DNA from: Tubulanus polymorphus
Lineage: Eukaryota; Animalia; Nemertea
Assembly: GCF_964204645.1 (NCBI RefSeq)
Contig: NC_134031.1
Span: 20,095,910-20,159,909 of the forward strand
DNA: 64,000 nucleotides
Direction of reading: 5' to 3'
How positions within the stretch are numbered: the stretch's first letter is position 1; every line of letters starts with the position of its first letter. A program made the position numbers and the translations under genes. Positions 1 through 11,718 of the stretch are shown in pieces. Under the pieces are notes generated by a model. That model saw only the letters and a program-made list of their open reading frames with translations. It was not told the DNA's origin and searched no databases.

Positions 1-2
1 GA

Positions 3-437
3 ATGCAGCAGAAAATGATGGAGTTGTCGATGACTCAGAGCACGCGTATGATCGTACAACAACACGATAAAGTATCGATAACGACGTGTAATATCGGCGA
101 TCTCGTTTTACTGTGTTTAGACGAACGACACGACCACTACGTCGTGTTCACCGTCGGTACTACTTTACACTTTCTCCACTCGGACTGTTTAACGACGCTC
201 GGCTTGAAACCGGAATCCGGCGAAGCGAAGAAATCGTGGGTGTTGGCCGAAATTATCGATAAAGAATATTGCCAAGCGCGAAAGCCGCAGAATCGATTTA
301 AAGTGCCCGTCGGAACGAAGTTCTATCGCGTTAAAGCCGTGCCGTGGGATCGCGATATCGGTGAAGCTTCGACTGGCGCTGCGAAGAAAGAAACGCCATC
401 TACATCCGGGCTAACTGGCGGCCCTTCTATGAAATAG
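3..437 (+). CDS. RB1CC1: RB1-inducible coiled-coil 1 (FIP200/Atg11-like), C-terminal Claw domain, final exon (5' truncated)
   Basis: GDLVLLCLDERHDHYVVFTVGTTLHFLH...WVLAEIIDKEYCQARKPQNRFKVPVGTKFYRVKAVPW matches the FIP200 C-terminus as I recall it. Confidence 0.95.
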   Translation: MQQKMMELSMTQSTRMIVQQHDKVSITTCNIGDLVLLCLDERHDHYVVFTVGTTLHFLHSDCLTTLGLKPESGEAKKSWVLAEIIDKEYCQARKPQNRFKVPVGTKFYRVKAVPWDRDIGEASTGAAKKETPSTSGLTGGPSMK

Positions 438-2272
438 TTACGATACAATTGCCTGTTTTTGACATAAGGCGTTTTTATGTTAGCAACTGTTACTATCACG
501 TGGTACAAATCGAATCGCCTCAAAATAAATGACCCTACCTTCTAGACCTGAAACCTGAATTTTCTAAGAGATTTTGTTTTTTGATCTATCGACGGTCTCT
601 ACTGTCTCGCAAATCAAATCAAAGTGTCGTGAGGAGCGATCTCTGGCTCGTGTTGGCACCTTGATTAGATAAATGAATGTTGGAAGCAAATCGTAGGCAA
701 GTTTCTTGAATAAATGATCGATTTGTTCCGTGTTGATGGGAGTTGCTTGAATAAAAATACCTCTATTCTGTATGTTACGTAAATCTGTTGGGTCTCAGTT
801 AGGCTCAGGCTGTTGTTATTGGTAAATATTAAATTTGATATGACGAAACTATTGATGGAATGAACTTACTCAGAATGTGGGAAGCATCTTATAAAACCTC
901 TTTAGGATTTAAGCAGGTATCAATTTGCAGCCTGGAAGATCACTTTGAAAGTGAGCCGGTAAATAGTGTTTAATGTCAGATTTTTGTTCATTTTCAATCG
1001 GAAATATCTAATTGGTGATGTCCTGAGCACATGTTGTGAACTGGATGATCTGAAGAATGCTGATTGAATGTCTAATATCTAATGTTTGTGAGCCTAGTTC
1101 ATTTTCAAGTCAAAATGTCTCTGCTGAATTCTCGGAAAACACACGTGAAGTGTGGATGATTGCAAATTTAAAGAATGGTGATCGAATATCTGAAGGAGGG
1201 TGCAAGTTCCGGGTAGTGGATTGATACAGATGCCTGCGTTGATTATCATATAATGAAATAAAAACACCATAATTTCTGTGATGAAACCACTATTAAAAAG
1301 TATTATATTCAACATATATTTTGGGAGTGAGAATTTATGAATTCAGTTTTTTTTTCTAGTTCGATCATTGTCTCGCTATTGTGATGCAGTCAATGTGCTA
1401 TATGCATACGTGTGATGTGAGTAAAACATGTTTTTCATAATGTGTAAAAACTAACAGCGAATTCTGGAAAGCGTCGTTAAATTAGGCCACAATGTTCAAA
1501 ATCACATTGTGTTTCAGTAAGTGGACACATGGTATATTTTGTACCCCAGAATCATCGGCCTCAAACTTTAATATTTTGATGCAGAAAACAATCGATTTCA
1601 GTGACTCATTGTATGTGTACCGGTGGTTGCAATAGTTTATGGTTAGTTTACTACGGTTACGTTGTGTATTGTGATCATTATTTCATTCACATTTGGGTTC
1701 TGTTCATTTATTTGTAACTTTGAAAATTTAGAATACTTCAAAAATGTTAAAAAAACTGACTGTTTTTTCCAATGATAAGAATTTTGGGAAAATTGTTCAT
1801 CGTCAGGGAGTTCCGAGTGTGAGATTTTAGAATTATATATTTCTACGATGTGCTTTTTTCGATGTCCCTCAATTTAGCTTTAATCGAAGTCTGGCGTGTA
1901 AAAGTTGATTTACAGTACTCATATCGGAAATGTAATGACTTTTAGGATTGTTTGATTCTCGGACGTTTACCTCATTGTTGGCTCATTATAAATGTATGTT
2001 ACGTTAAAGGATTATAAAATCGAAAAAAAACTCATATTATAATTATGTATATATTAAAATAGACAAATGTATAAATTCATGTTTTTCGCTTCCTAGTTCA
2101 AATTGATTAAAAAATTAATTTATTTGATTTTGTCGTGTTTTTCAATTCTTTGGCTCATGCTATGTCGGGATAAACTTTTCAAATGTTTTTTTGGGTCGTT
2201 GTATTGAAGTCCACTTATATGGAAGCCCTGAGGCGACGTTGCCAGTTAAGTATTCAAAACGATAAGCCTGGG

Positions 2273-2300
2273 CTTGGAGTAATCATTTGATTACTCCAAG
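2273..2300. mobile_element. 28-bp palindromic micro-insertion with 7-bp TSD
   Basis: CTTGGAGTAATCA-TT-TGATTACTCCAAG flanked by GCCTGGG on both sides (2266-2272, 2301-2307). Confidence 0.7.
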
Positions 2301-2449
2301 GCCTGGGCAGACAAATTGGAAAAGTCTGCATATGCAAACCCAGATGAAATTTGGTCAACCTTCCGAACAATGACCAAACAACAGTCTAAGACGAAAGACC
2401 GCAGTTCATCAAAAATCTTCTTAATCGATAACAACCAGGTTGGTTACAT

Positions 2450-2950
2450 AGAGACACATAGTGGAATCAGCCCTTATATGTAAACTTTCGAAATCCAATT
2501 TATCTACTAATTTAAATACTGGTTTTTCTCCACATAACCGATTATTATCCAGATACATCAACTCTTTATTAGATTTGGGTTGATGTCACTATGTGTCACT
2601 CTGTTATCGCCACCCTCTTCAGTCCACTTCACTTAGTTACATAATTTGTTTTTACTCTGAACTGTTAAGAATTGCTGTGGTTTCCACGGTACCCCTTGAT
2701 GTTTTATTGCTTGGTCTGTTTATCTTTAGTTTTGACGCACTGCTTCTATTTAAGATCCTGTGAGTTTATATGCTTTGCTACTTGTTTTTCTGGTCATTCC
2801 ACCTGATGATGGCTGTTAGTCAACAGCCGAAACGTTGTGGTTTCGTAATAATAAATTTGATCGTACAATTTCAAATTCGAAGTGTGGGATTTCTTCATTT
2901 ATCTACAGTTTACACGGATGATAGTGTTTATTCGACAACTCTCGTTTATA
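2450..2950 (+). mobile_element. Penelope-like retroelement 3' remnant
   Basis: RHIVESALICKLSKSNLSTNLNTGFSPH...LG* resembles the C-terminus of a PLE GIY-YIG endonuclease (RxIxESxxI...NLNxG). It is followed by a pyrimidine-rich tract, a hammerhead motif and AATAAA. Confidence 0.75.
2799..2840 (+). ncRNA. Minimal type I hammerhead ribozyme (Penelope-type)
   Basis: CCAC-CTGATGA-T-GGCTGTT-agtc-AACAGCC-GAAA-CGTT-GTGG: stem I CCAC/GTGG, 7-bp stem II, core boxes present, palindromic ACGT helix III. Confidence 0.8.
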
Positions 2951-3514
2951 GTTTATACGCCTATTGTGGTTGGACTAGTTTTTGAAAGTCCACGTGTTTG
3001 AGGAGCTTACATTATAATTCCTCGAGCACTCCTGGCATTTTGTATAATTGTTGTATGAGAATAAATATGATTGACTTAGAAATTTGTCATTCGTTCAGTT
3101 AAGTTCAATATAGCAAATCCTGGTTTGTGTGGCCTAAATCGTTTTAAGATAATGAATTAATGAAGAAATTAAATCGATTAAACCTTTTTATGAAACTCAT
3201 GTGTTTTATTTTTGCAATCTACTTCTTTTTTACAACCGAAAAAAATTAATCCCACCACCATCTGGTCTACCGACAAGCTTAGATGCGATTAAACCAACGT
3301 TCCGACACTGCGCATTACACTGGGCCCGTTGACGGTTGTCAACGCGCAACTACTAAAGCAACTGAGCTGAACTTAAGCACCAAAACGTTTTCACTTAGTT
3401 GAAACATGGACGTACATGGTTGAAACGATTGGGATTCGAACCTATTTACTATCTCCTCGATTCGCCCTGAAATATGTTGCGTCACCCTTTGGCCTAAACG
3501 TCATCGGCTACCCC

Positions 3515-3575
3515 AAGACTGATGACGTCACTCTTACTACTAACGCATGGGGGCGCTGTTTAACACTTCCGGTTT
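3515..3575 (+). promoter_or_regulatory. Putative proximal promoter of the Ubl-TM-ARM gene
   Basis: TGACGTCA (CRE) and ACTTCCGG (ETS) about 60-100 bp upstream of ATG 3626. Confidence 0.4.
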
Positions 3576-3625
3576 GTGACAAATGTAAACAAACTTGAGA
3601 CTTGATTTGTATTTTCGGGTATAGA

Positions 3626-6600
3626 ATGTTGCTATACGTACAAAGTCCAGTTTTTTCAGTGAGTAAATGACAGCGATCCTCCTCGGAAATCATTGACCTA
3701 CCCCTGTGTGTCTTAAACTGTTCAGATGGATAATTCGCATGAATTAGAATGAAGATTCAATTCAAAGTTTTATTCGCATATGCCATAAAGTCTAAAATAA
3801 AACAAACAGTTCTACTTCTAATGTCTATTTCAACCTGACTTGAGAGCATTCCGAGTGGCCTAGCTCGCTCATTTTTGGTTGTACATACCTGACAAAGGTC
3901 TTAATAGGACCAGAAAGGACGGGCAGTCGACCTAAATCATCATTTTTTAATCCATTCGAAAATGTATTGAAGGATATCCAAAAAGTCTTCACTGAAAGGG
4001 GTTAAATGAAGAGAAGTGACTCCATTATTTGAAAGTTTAATAATATGTTTCCATGCCTACATACCAAACTTCACTTGGTAGGAATGGAACCATATTGTTA
4101 AACTTTCAAATCATGGAGTCTCTTTTCTCTCAGGAACCCCTCTCAATGCAGATTATTTTGGATATCCTTCAATATAGTTTAAAGTGGATTAAAAAATGAT
4201 ATTTTAGGTCAGCTGCCAATGCATTCTGGTCCTAATAAGACATTTATCAGGTATGTACTACCAAAACTGACTGAGCTAGGCCACCTGATGTGCTCTCAAG
4301 TCAGGTTGAAATAGACATTAGTTCTAGTTCTACAGTATTACTGGCCAACTGCAACATGCTGAAGATTTTTGCCAGGTACCACTTTTGGGTAAAAGTGCAG
4401 ACTTGCACCTCTCGTGATTGACGCAATCTGCTGAATGACAGAATTCAGGCTAAAATCTTTCTATTCTCTCTAGTGAAGATATCTTAAAATTAACCAATGG
4501 CAATGTACTGAATTGCTGATGACATTTGAATCTGAAACAATGATATTTAATGTAATTGATTGAACCGTTTACGCGGAGAGGTGTGGATCTGTTAAATCAG
4601 TGAGTCGACAAGCACTGATATGTGTCCTGCCTGAATAGCTTGGTTTCACTAGGATTCGAACCCTCAACCTGTCAGTTGTGAGTCAAACACCTTATCCACC
4701 ACGCTACAGGACAGGACACACGATCAGGCTTAGCAATGCCAGAAACGTGAGAAAGGCTAACATCCATACAAAAAACAAAAATATATACTACTGTTAACAG
4801 ATTTAAACGACTCGGTAGAATGTGGATTGCATTTATAAAGATGCTATTACAAAAAAGTTAGTTTTGCTCTTCTTCAGCAGACATGAGAGAGGGCATAGAC
4901 CTATTCATTTATAACAATTACAATACAATTCAAACTTCAAATAAATGAGGGGGCCCCTGTGCATTCACAATGCTGCAATTAACTACGAATTAAATACTTC
5001 TGTTAGTAGCGTCAATGCAGTGGTCTCCTCTCAAATGGCTGACTTGAGCCAAAAAGTAGCCAAAAGTAGACGGTATAACTAGTGTATTTCTTATTTCTGG
5101 TTTCAACTAGTTTGATAGGAGCAGCCACATCCAGCTCAGAATGACAGCTGAACTAAAACATCGATTCCCTAATCCGCTTTAAGTTGGATTGAATGATTGC
5201 CGGGTCTAACTATTTCTGATTGTTTTGTAAGTATATTACGTATGTTCCTGTTTTGCAGTGTAAATCGTTTGTCGTTGTTGTAAAACCTGATGATACGATC
5301 GCGCGTATTCGAGCTCAATTACTGCACATACTGTACAGATACAACCGCGATGAACATCAGTTCCGTCTCCGGTTCAAAGGTCAATACCTACGTGACGCCT
5401 ACACGATCGACGACTATAGGCTTACTGATAACTCTGTACTGAAAATGATTCCCATGTCAAAACGATCTGAGGTAATAATTAACGTCTGAGTATCACATGA
5501 AATACAAATGGCGGCCTAAACGATGCCTGAGTTGCGTACATGTTTTGCATGTACATGCTTTGGCCCCTTGATTTGAAGGTCTTTATACAAGAATCTCGTT
5601 TTCTGGTACATACTTTTAGTCTGTGACCGATATAGTTTCAACGAGTAGTGTTAACAGCATTGAGGATGAAGGTCCTGGTCAAAGTCCTCAGGTTAAGGCT
5701 GCACTCGCTAAAGAGCTGAAAACGTTCAGATGGAGAGAAGAAATGGTCAAAGATTTCAAGGCGAGTATTGAGAAAATTTTCCATTTGAAGTTGAAAGCTC
5801 AAATCACACGGAATGCCACATAATTGATAGCCTTTGATTGTGGCATGAATGCTCCAATTCGTGCGATGTTGACCCATATTTACTCCAACTGTTCCTGAAT
5901 TTGCTTGCTTCAGAGAAAACTTCTTGGTCCTGGAAGATCTGAGTCTACTGTGTAACTGTATTGTCAGATTAAGCAGGCTGCACTGCCATATGCACCAATC
6001 TTCTTTTAGTTTTATAACTATTTTTCACTATATTCCAGGCGTTGATGTACATGTTGTTGGTAATGAGTCCATTTGCGGGTTTTACGAATTTTTGGTACGG
6101 TATTTTCTGGTGCTTCTTCATTCCATTGATCGGAGCTGTTGGATGCCCGTCCTACACTCAATTTGCTGGCTACGTTGGAGTCAATGCTATCTAGTAAGTT
6201 CCGCCGAACCCTCGATGGATTATTGATAATTTCTCTAATTAGTTGTGCATTACTTACAGTATTTTCGAATATTTCAGTAAAATACAGTTTTGCGCAGTGT
6301 TCGGAGTTCTGTCGCTTGCAAATCTAGCCGCAGATATTTACCTTGTGTTCGGTGATATATCCACTGTTCTCGTAAGTGTTTTACATTGAAATTCACGTAT
6401 TGTTCAGGTCACGGAGTCTACTGCACCAAAAAAGCCATTATTCCTGAACATAACTATTAGCCAAAACGTTGGTTTAACTTCCGGGTTATAGCTCAAAGAA
6501 ACGACGATCATTAAATCACGGACAAGATCCAGTTCCCACAATTATGAGTTCAGATTTGATTCAGGAGTTAACTCACTGAAAAGGAAGTAATTTTAACTCA

Positions 6601-9600
6601 GAAGTTAATTCTAATTCACATTCTTGTTGGACTGAATCCTGTGTTTCCATTTTCATTCACAAATGATTAATTGATTATGCGTTATTTTACAATAGGCTAG
6701 TGGATGTGTGAATTCCGATGGCGGATGCAGTACGCTGTTGTTTTTCTCGGCTATCTACTTCGCCCTTCACGCATTCCTCATTCTGATAGGCTCCGGACTC
6801 GCTTGGGCCATGCTTAACAACTTCCAGATCGAGGTAACCAAGTCGAAATACTCATCACTGTCACCTGCAACAGATCAGGCGTTTAATTGTTTGAAATGTG
6901 TGTTTTATAGATGGGCGATATCGTGGAGAGATACCTGGTTCAAACGCGTAACATCGAGAAAGTAATGCATACGGCGCGCAATGGAAAGTACGTTGTTGAA
7001 TATAAAAGCTGTTTTGTCGAAATGTTGTGTATTGTTTATATCGTTTAACTGTAACTGTTACAGACTGAAAGAGAAACGCATCGCAGCGTTCGAACTGGCC
7101 ACTCTGGCTGCATCAGGAGACGACAACAAATATAAGATTGTAACAGAAGGCGGGTATGTTTACTGATCTGGACCCTCTCGGTCAGGAAATCACTCACACA
7201 TCTGAAAGTGTTACTCTTGTAAAAGTCTAGTTAGTTACCTAATCGTTGGTGGAAAGCTTTTCTAATCAGATGGTCTCATACTAAACGTGAAAATATCCGA
7301 TTGTGAAATGAAACCACGGATAGGTTCAATGTAAAATCTCATAATATTGAAAGACTAAAATGTTTATTCAGAAATACTAGAAATACTAGTGATTGTTACC
7401 ACATTTCTTCAGTCAAAATTTAGACTGAAGAAATGTGTAAGCAACCACTAGTATCAATAGTAGAGCTGATTTTTCAACTGATTTTTTGTGTGCCATCTGA
7501 CTATGACATGGTTATATTCAGTGCATTTTTGTTTGTAATTGTTATAGTTTGGAAGTGCTGATTTCAATGATCCTTTCATCTGATGAAACAACTCGGGAAC
7601 ATGCAGTCGAGTGTACAGCTGAATTACTGACGTTACCAGATTTACAGGTTCAGTATGATCGAGTTGTTAGATGGCTATAAAACTGGTCTCCAATTTGTTT
7701 TGGATTTGTTTTTACCCTATTAGACGGTTACCAAATTAGAAATCAGGTTTAGTTAGTCTTAATGGTAAAAATTTTCTTACAAAACTACCACTGAGATAAA
7801 CGATATAGATTTAGGAGGAGTCTACAGTACTTGAGATATGAAAGTGATGCAGACGCTTCCTCAAAATTTAAGATTTTCTCCTTATATGGAGGAATGACCG
7901 ACTGATGTAGTACAGTATCTATTTGATTTTTTAGGATCAGTTTATTGATGAAGGCGGATTACGTTCATTAACTGCCGTATTGAGGTCATCTAATGAACGC
8001 TTGGTTTACGAAGCCGCGACCGCTTTATCTTACATTGTTTCTGAAACAGATGAAAATAAATCAGCTGTCATCAACGACCACGGGTAATTATTATCTGCGT
8101 TTGTAGCAAGTCTGACAAAGTGTGAAAGTGCTGCGCTATTTTTTTGAAAATTTAGGGTGGGTGGTTAATTTTCATGCAAAATCCAGAAAGTGCTGAAAAG
8201 CATTTACTTGTACTCATTGTTATCCTAGGAAATTTCTACTGCCAAATTTCATTGCGTCTTCATCTGCAAATACAACTGCACCGATTATTGAGTTATACCA
8301 CTTGCCTTCTATCAATAACAAGTCTACATTACATACCAGAAACTCGATTCAGAAAAAAATACTGAAGCCTCAGTCTGACAACTACTAATCCTGCCTGGAA
8401 ATAATTCTGTCTGAAATCTGTGTCTAAAGAAAAACTTGATAAAATCGACTGTAATTAATTTTTAGATTGGAGGATTTGTGTTACGCTGCTGGTAATAGTT
8501 CAGTCGCCTGTCAGAGAATTGTTGCAGGTATATTCCTCGAGTTAGTATTCAGCTCTGATGTTCGGATGAGCATGTCTTCCATGAATTCACCAGGTATTAC
8601 TAAAAAATCTTCACGCTGTATCATGCCAATCTAAATTCCACTAGCAACAGATTTCAATTTTCGTGTTATTTTTACACTTCAGCGCAAGCATTGATTACAA
8701 TGTGTCAGTCGCAGGATCCTGAAACGCAAAGATACGCCTTGCAAGCTCTGGAACTACTGGCTATTGAGAGCGCTGATATGATCTGTGCCCAGGTATTACA
8801 GTACTAGATTTTGATGATGCGCCATCGAATGATTCAATTTTCCATCGATATAATTTTTCGCATGTTTTCAGGAGGAATTGTTACCGGTTTTACTGAATCT
8901 TCCTCTTGTTTGTCCTGATGAAAAGTTGTACGTGTTGGCAGCTAAATTACTGCTCTACTACGCTGAAGATGAACAGGTACAATTTGTAATACAGTCAACA
9001 CTCGATTATCCAATATCCAAATATCCACCAACCTCGGTTTTCTGCCCAAATTTTCAGTTTCTCTTTTTTCGATAACAAAAATGTAGTTCAGTTTAACAGG
9101 AAATTGGCCCTTACAGTGGCAGATAATAATCGTTTGTTTATTTAGCAAAACTGAAAACATTTCTTTGTATCTATCAATGATACACAGTGCTCTGGCCATG
9201 TCTTTAATAAGATCAGTTATTCCGCCGGTTGTTTAGATATTTATTTAAAGAACGTTCGAATTTCATTCAGACTTGTGAGCTGTTAGTCGAACGCGATAGT
9301 TTGTACGCATCTTTGAACTTGTACATCCAATCACAAGAACCAGTTGTCCAGAAAGTCGTCGCGAAGGTCATCTATTGTATCATCGATACTGGTGATTTGA
9401 GGTAAGAATCTCATGTTCTGATCATTGTCCATCGTGAAATCTTAGATTTCATTCATACCCATAACTTATTGGTATTGTTATTAGGATTCGCGCTGAAGAA
9501 ATGAAGCTTGATGAAATACTGCAGACAGTTAAAATGAGAGCTATGGATAGAGAGACATGGGATATGGCTGATCAAGGTATTCTTCGACTCTAATCAATTC

Positions 9601-9997
9601 ATTTTTACCCGTGTTAGAAATTCGTTCTAAGATCCCTATAGCAGGCTTTGTTGATTTGATTGGTGTTCACAGTTTCTGGAATGACAAAGTCTGTAAACCT
9701 GATAGAAGTAGAGAGAGTTTGTAATCCGGAAATGCTTTCCCTTTACCGGAATACATTCAATCAAAACCTGCCTAAAATGGATGTTGCTAAAATTGATTAT
9801 TATTGATTATTCCACCATGTTCAATCCCTGTTAATTAATATCACATTCATATTTCAGCTTTGCAACTTATGGAAGGCAATCGATTGGGTTTAAATCTACC
9901 AGAATTGTCGCCGATGGAAAAGATTGATAAATTGTCGTCGAAAGGCTCGCATCTTTCTATCGAACCGAAAGCGGGTACATCTACTGGTTCAATGTAG
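3626..9997 (+). CDS. Uncharacterised multi-exon membrane protein: N-terminal ubiquitin-like domain, 4 TM helices, C-terminal armadillo repeats
   Basis: Exon 1 MLLYVQSPVFS (3626) spliced to CKSFVVVVKPDDTIARIRAQ...FRLRFKGQYLRDAYTIDDYRLTDNSVLKM gives a Ubl fold. Hydrophobic exons lie at about 6039-6833. ARM-like exons (KRIAAFELATLAASGDDNKYKIVTEGGLEVLISM..., IDEGGLRSLTAVLRSSNERLVYEAATALSYI) run to TAG 9995-9997. Confidence 0.8.
3821..4318. mobile_element. ~500-bp foldback/MITE (whole element is an imperfect palindrome)
   Basis: ATGTCTATTTCAACCTGACTTGAGAGCA... / ...TGCTCTCAAGTCAGGTTGAAATAGACAT; arms about 240 bp; flanks TACTTCTA / TAGTTCTA (8-bp or TA TSD). Confidence 0.85.
4642..4716 (-). repeat. 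tRNA-derived (Val-CAC-like) SINE head or tRNA pseudogene
   Basis: Minus strand: TAGCGTGGTGG A-box-like, CTCACAA loop, GGTTCGAATCC B-box; acceptor stem does not pair. Confidence 0.55.
7383..7454. repeat. Intronic hairpin/mini-foldback
   Basis: ATACTAGTG...CACATTTCTTCAGTC-aaaattta-GACTGAAGAAATGTG...CACTAGTAT. Confidence 0.7.
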
Positions 9998-11271
9998 TGA
10001 TGTACGACGCACTGTAAACTGGAGGCTGATCCACAGGGTTTCACTTATGAGGACACATGAGTTTGCGGAAGAATATTTTGAAAGTTGTAGATTATTTTCT
10101 GCAAATCACTTCTCATCAAAACTTCAACGGATCTGTCCCTGTGAATAATTACAGTAGACTTCGCTCTAGTCAGAATTTTTTGGACCATAAAAATGTGTCT
10201 GACTTGAGAGATATCCGAGTTGGATGTTATGTATTTCATATATAGTTTCACAAAAAGTATAATAAGACATCCGAGTTTAACGGTAAATCCGTGTTGATCA
10301 GATCAGACTCGAGCGGAGTCTACTTTATATAGAATTTAGTAGAATTCTATTACCCGGTATATGTTTACTGTAAAACCACTATTGCACTAGTGGTTCATGT
10401 AGCACTACATTTATCAGATCACAAATATTGAATATCAACATATTTCATTTTCCTTGTGATTTTTAATTGTGATTTGTCGTAGCTTTATTAATAGACATAC
10501 GTGCTTATTATAATGATCTCAAACAAAATCAAAAGTAATTTTCTCAAATGTGGCAATTTTTCTGTGATTTTAATCAAATATGTCTATCGTGCAATAAATT
10601 TTTTAGTGATTTTAATATGAATTGTGGCTGGACCACAAATCATTAAACAAACAGTATTTTTCCGTTCCATCGTTATAATGGCAGGTCCGATTGATTACTT
10701 TCGATCCAATTGGATTAAACTATTGTCTAATTATTTTGTATTAAAGATTCAAGTGATGAATTGTATTTTCTAAAGTAATTTTTCTGAGATATATTTTTTA
10801 CTTGTTGATGCGCTGTAATAAAATGTTCTGTCCTTTAAGACTTTATTAGAATATATCTATCGCTTATAGACAAAATAATTAAGTTGTTTCTATATTGTGT
10901 GAAGTGGTTAATGTAAACAGGCGTGATAATGATTTGTCGTAGTCTTTTATAGCGAGACCCTTCGTCTCAAGTTCAAGTTCAAATTTTTTTCACTGAAAGC
11001 ACACGATAGGCTACACAACAGAGATTAAAGGAGAGAAAATACAAACAAACAACAGTAAAATTTACCATTTGTTAACGAGCACTGAATTATAAAAAAGAAA
11101 GAAAAGTTAGCTTTCTGTGTGTGGGGCCGAGGAGAGACACCCGAGGGGAGACACTACCTGCGAATAATTTGCCGGAATGTATGTCAGAATGAAATGAATT
11201 ACTTAAGATAATTTCCACCAGATGTTGATTCTGGAAAACTACAGAAAATACGAAAGATATGCTATACATAA

Positions 11272-11492
11272 GGCTAAACAAAAATGATACCTTGTTTCTC
11301 CGCAGCGGCCGGGTCATTTTTATAAAATATGATAAAATTTGTAAACAGTTCATTTCTATAGCGGCCGGGTCTGTTATGGTAAAATTGATCACGATTTAAA
11401 AAAAAAGTAATGTATATGGTAAATAGGCGGCCGGCCGGGTCAACTTTTAAGCTCAGCAGAGTGGAGAAACAAGGTATCAATTTTTTTTAGCC
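11272..11492. mobile_element. PIF/Harbinger (Tourist-like) MITE
   Basis: TIRs GGCTAAACAAAATGATACCTTGTTTCTCC / GGAGAAACAAGGTATCAATTTTTTTTAGCC, TAA TSD on both sides, three internal GCGGCCGGGTC-type repeats; degenerate relative near 28240-28416. Confidence 0.85.
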
Positions 11493-11718
11493 TAATGTAT
11501 ATATTATACGGGACTCAGTCGTTGTAGAGTTGAGACTAGCGTCAGAATTGAGTTGGTATCGTCACATGAAAAGTTAAGTAAGGCGTAAATCGATCTGTCC
11601 CACACACAACAAACTTAAGAGATTGTAAAAAGAATAACATTTTATTTACAAAACTAACATCTCGAAACAGATTCGACCGATGCCAGTTAACTCTGGCGAT
11701 TAGATACGTTTTTCCTGA

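Noticed and set aside
4642-4716. Functional tRNA gene (also 32309-32400)
   Set aside because: A and B boxes are present but the acceptor and anticodon stems do not pair; treated as SINE heads
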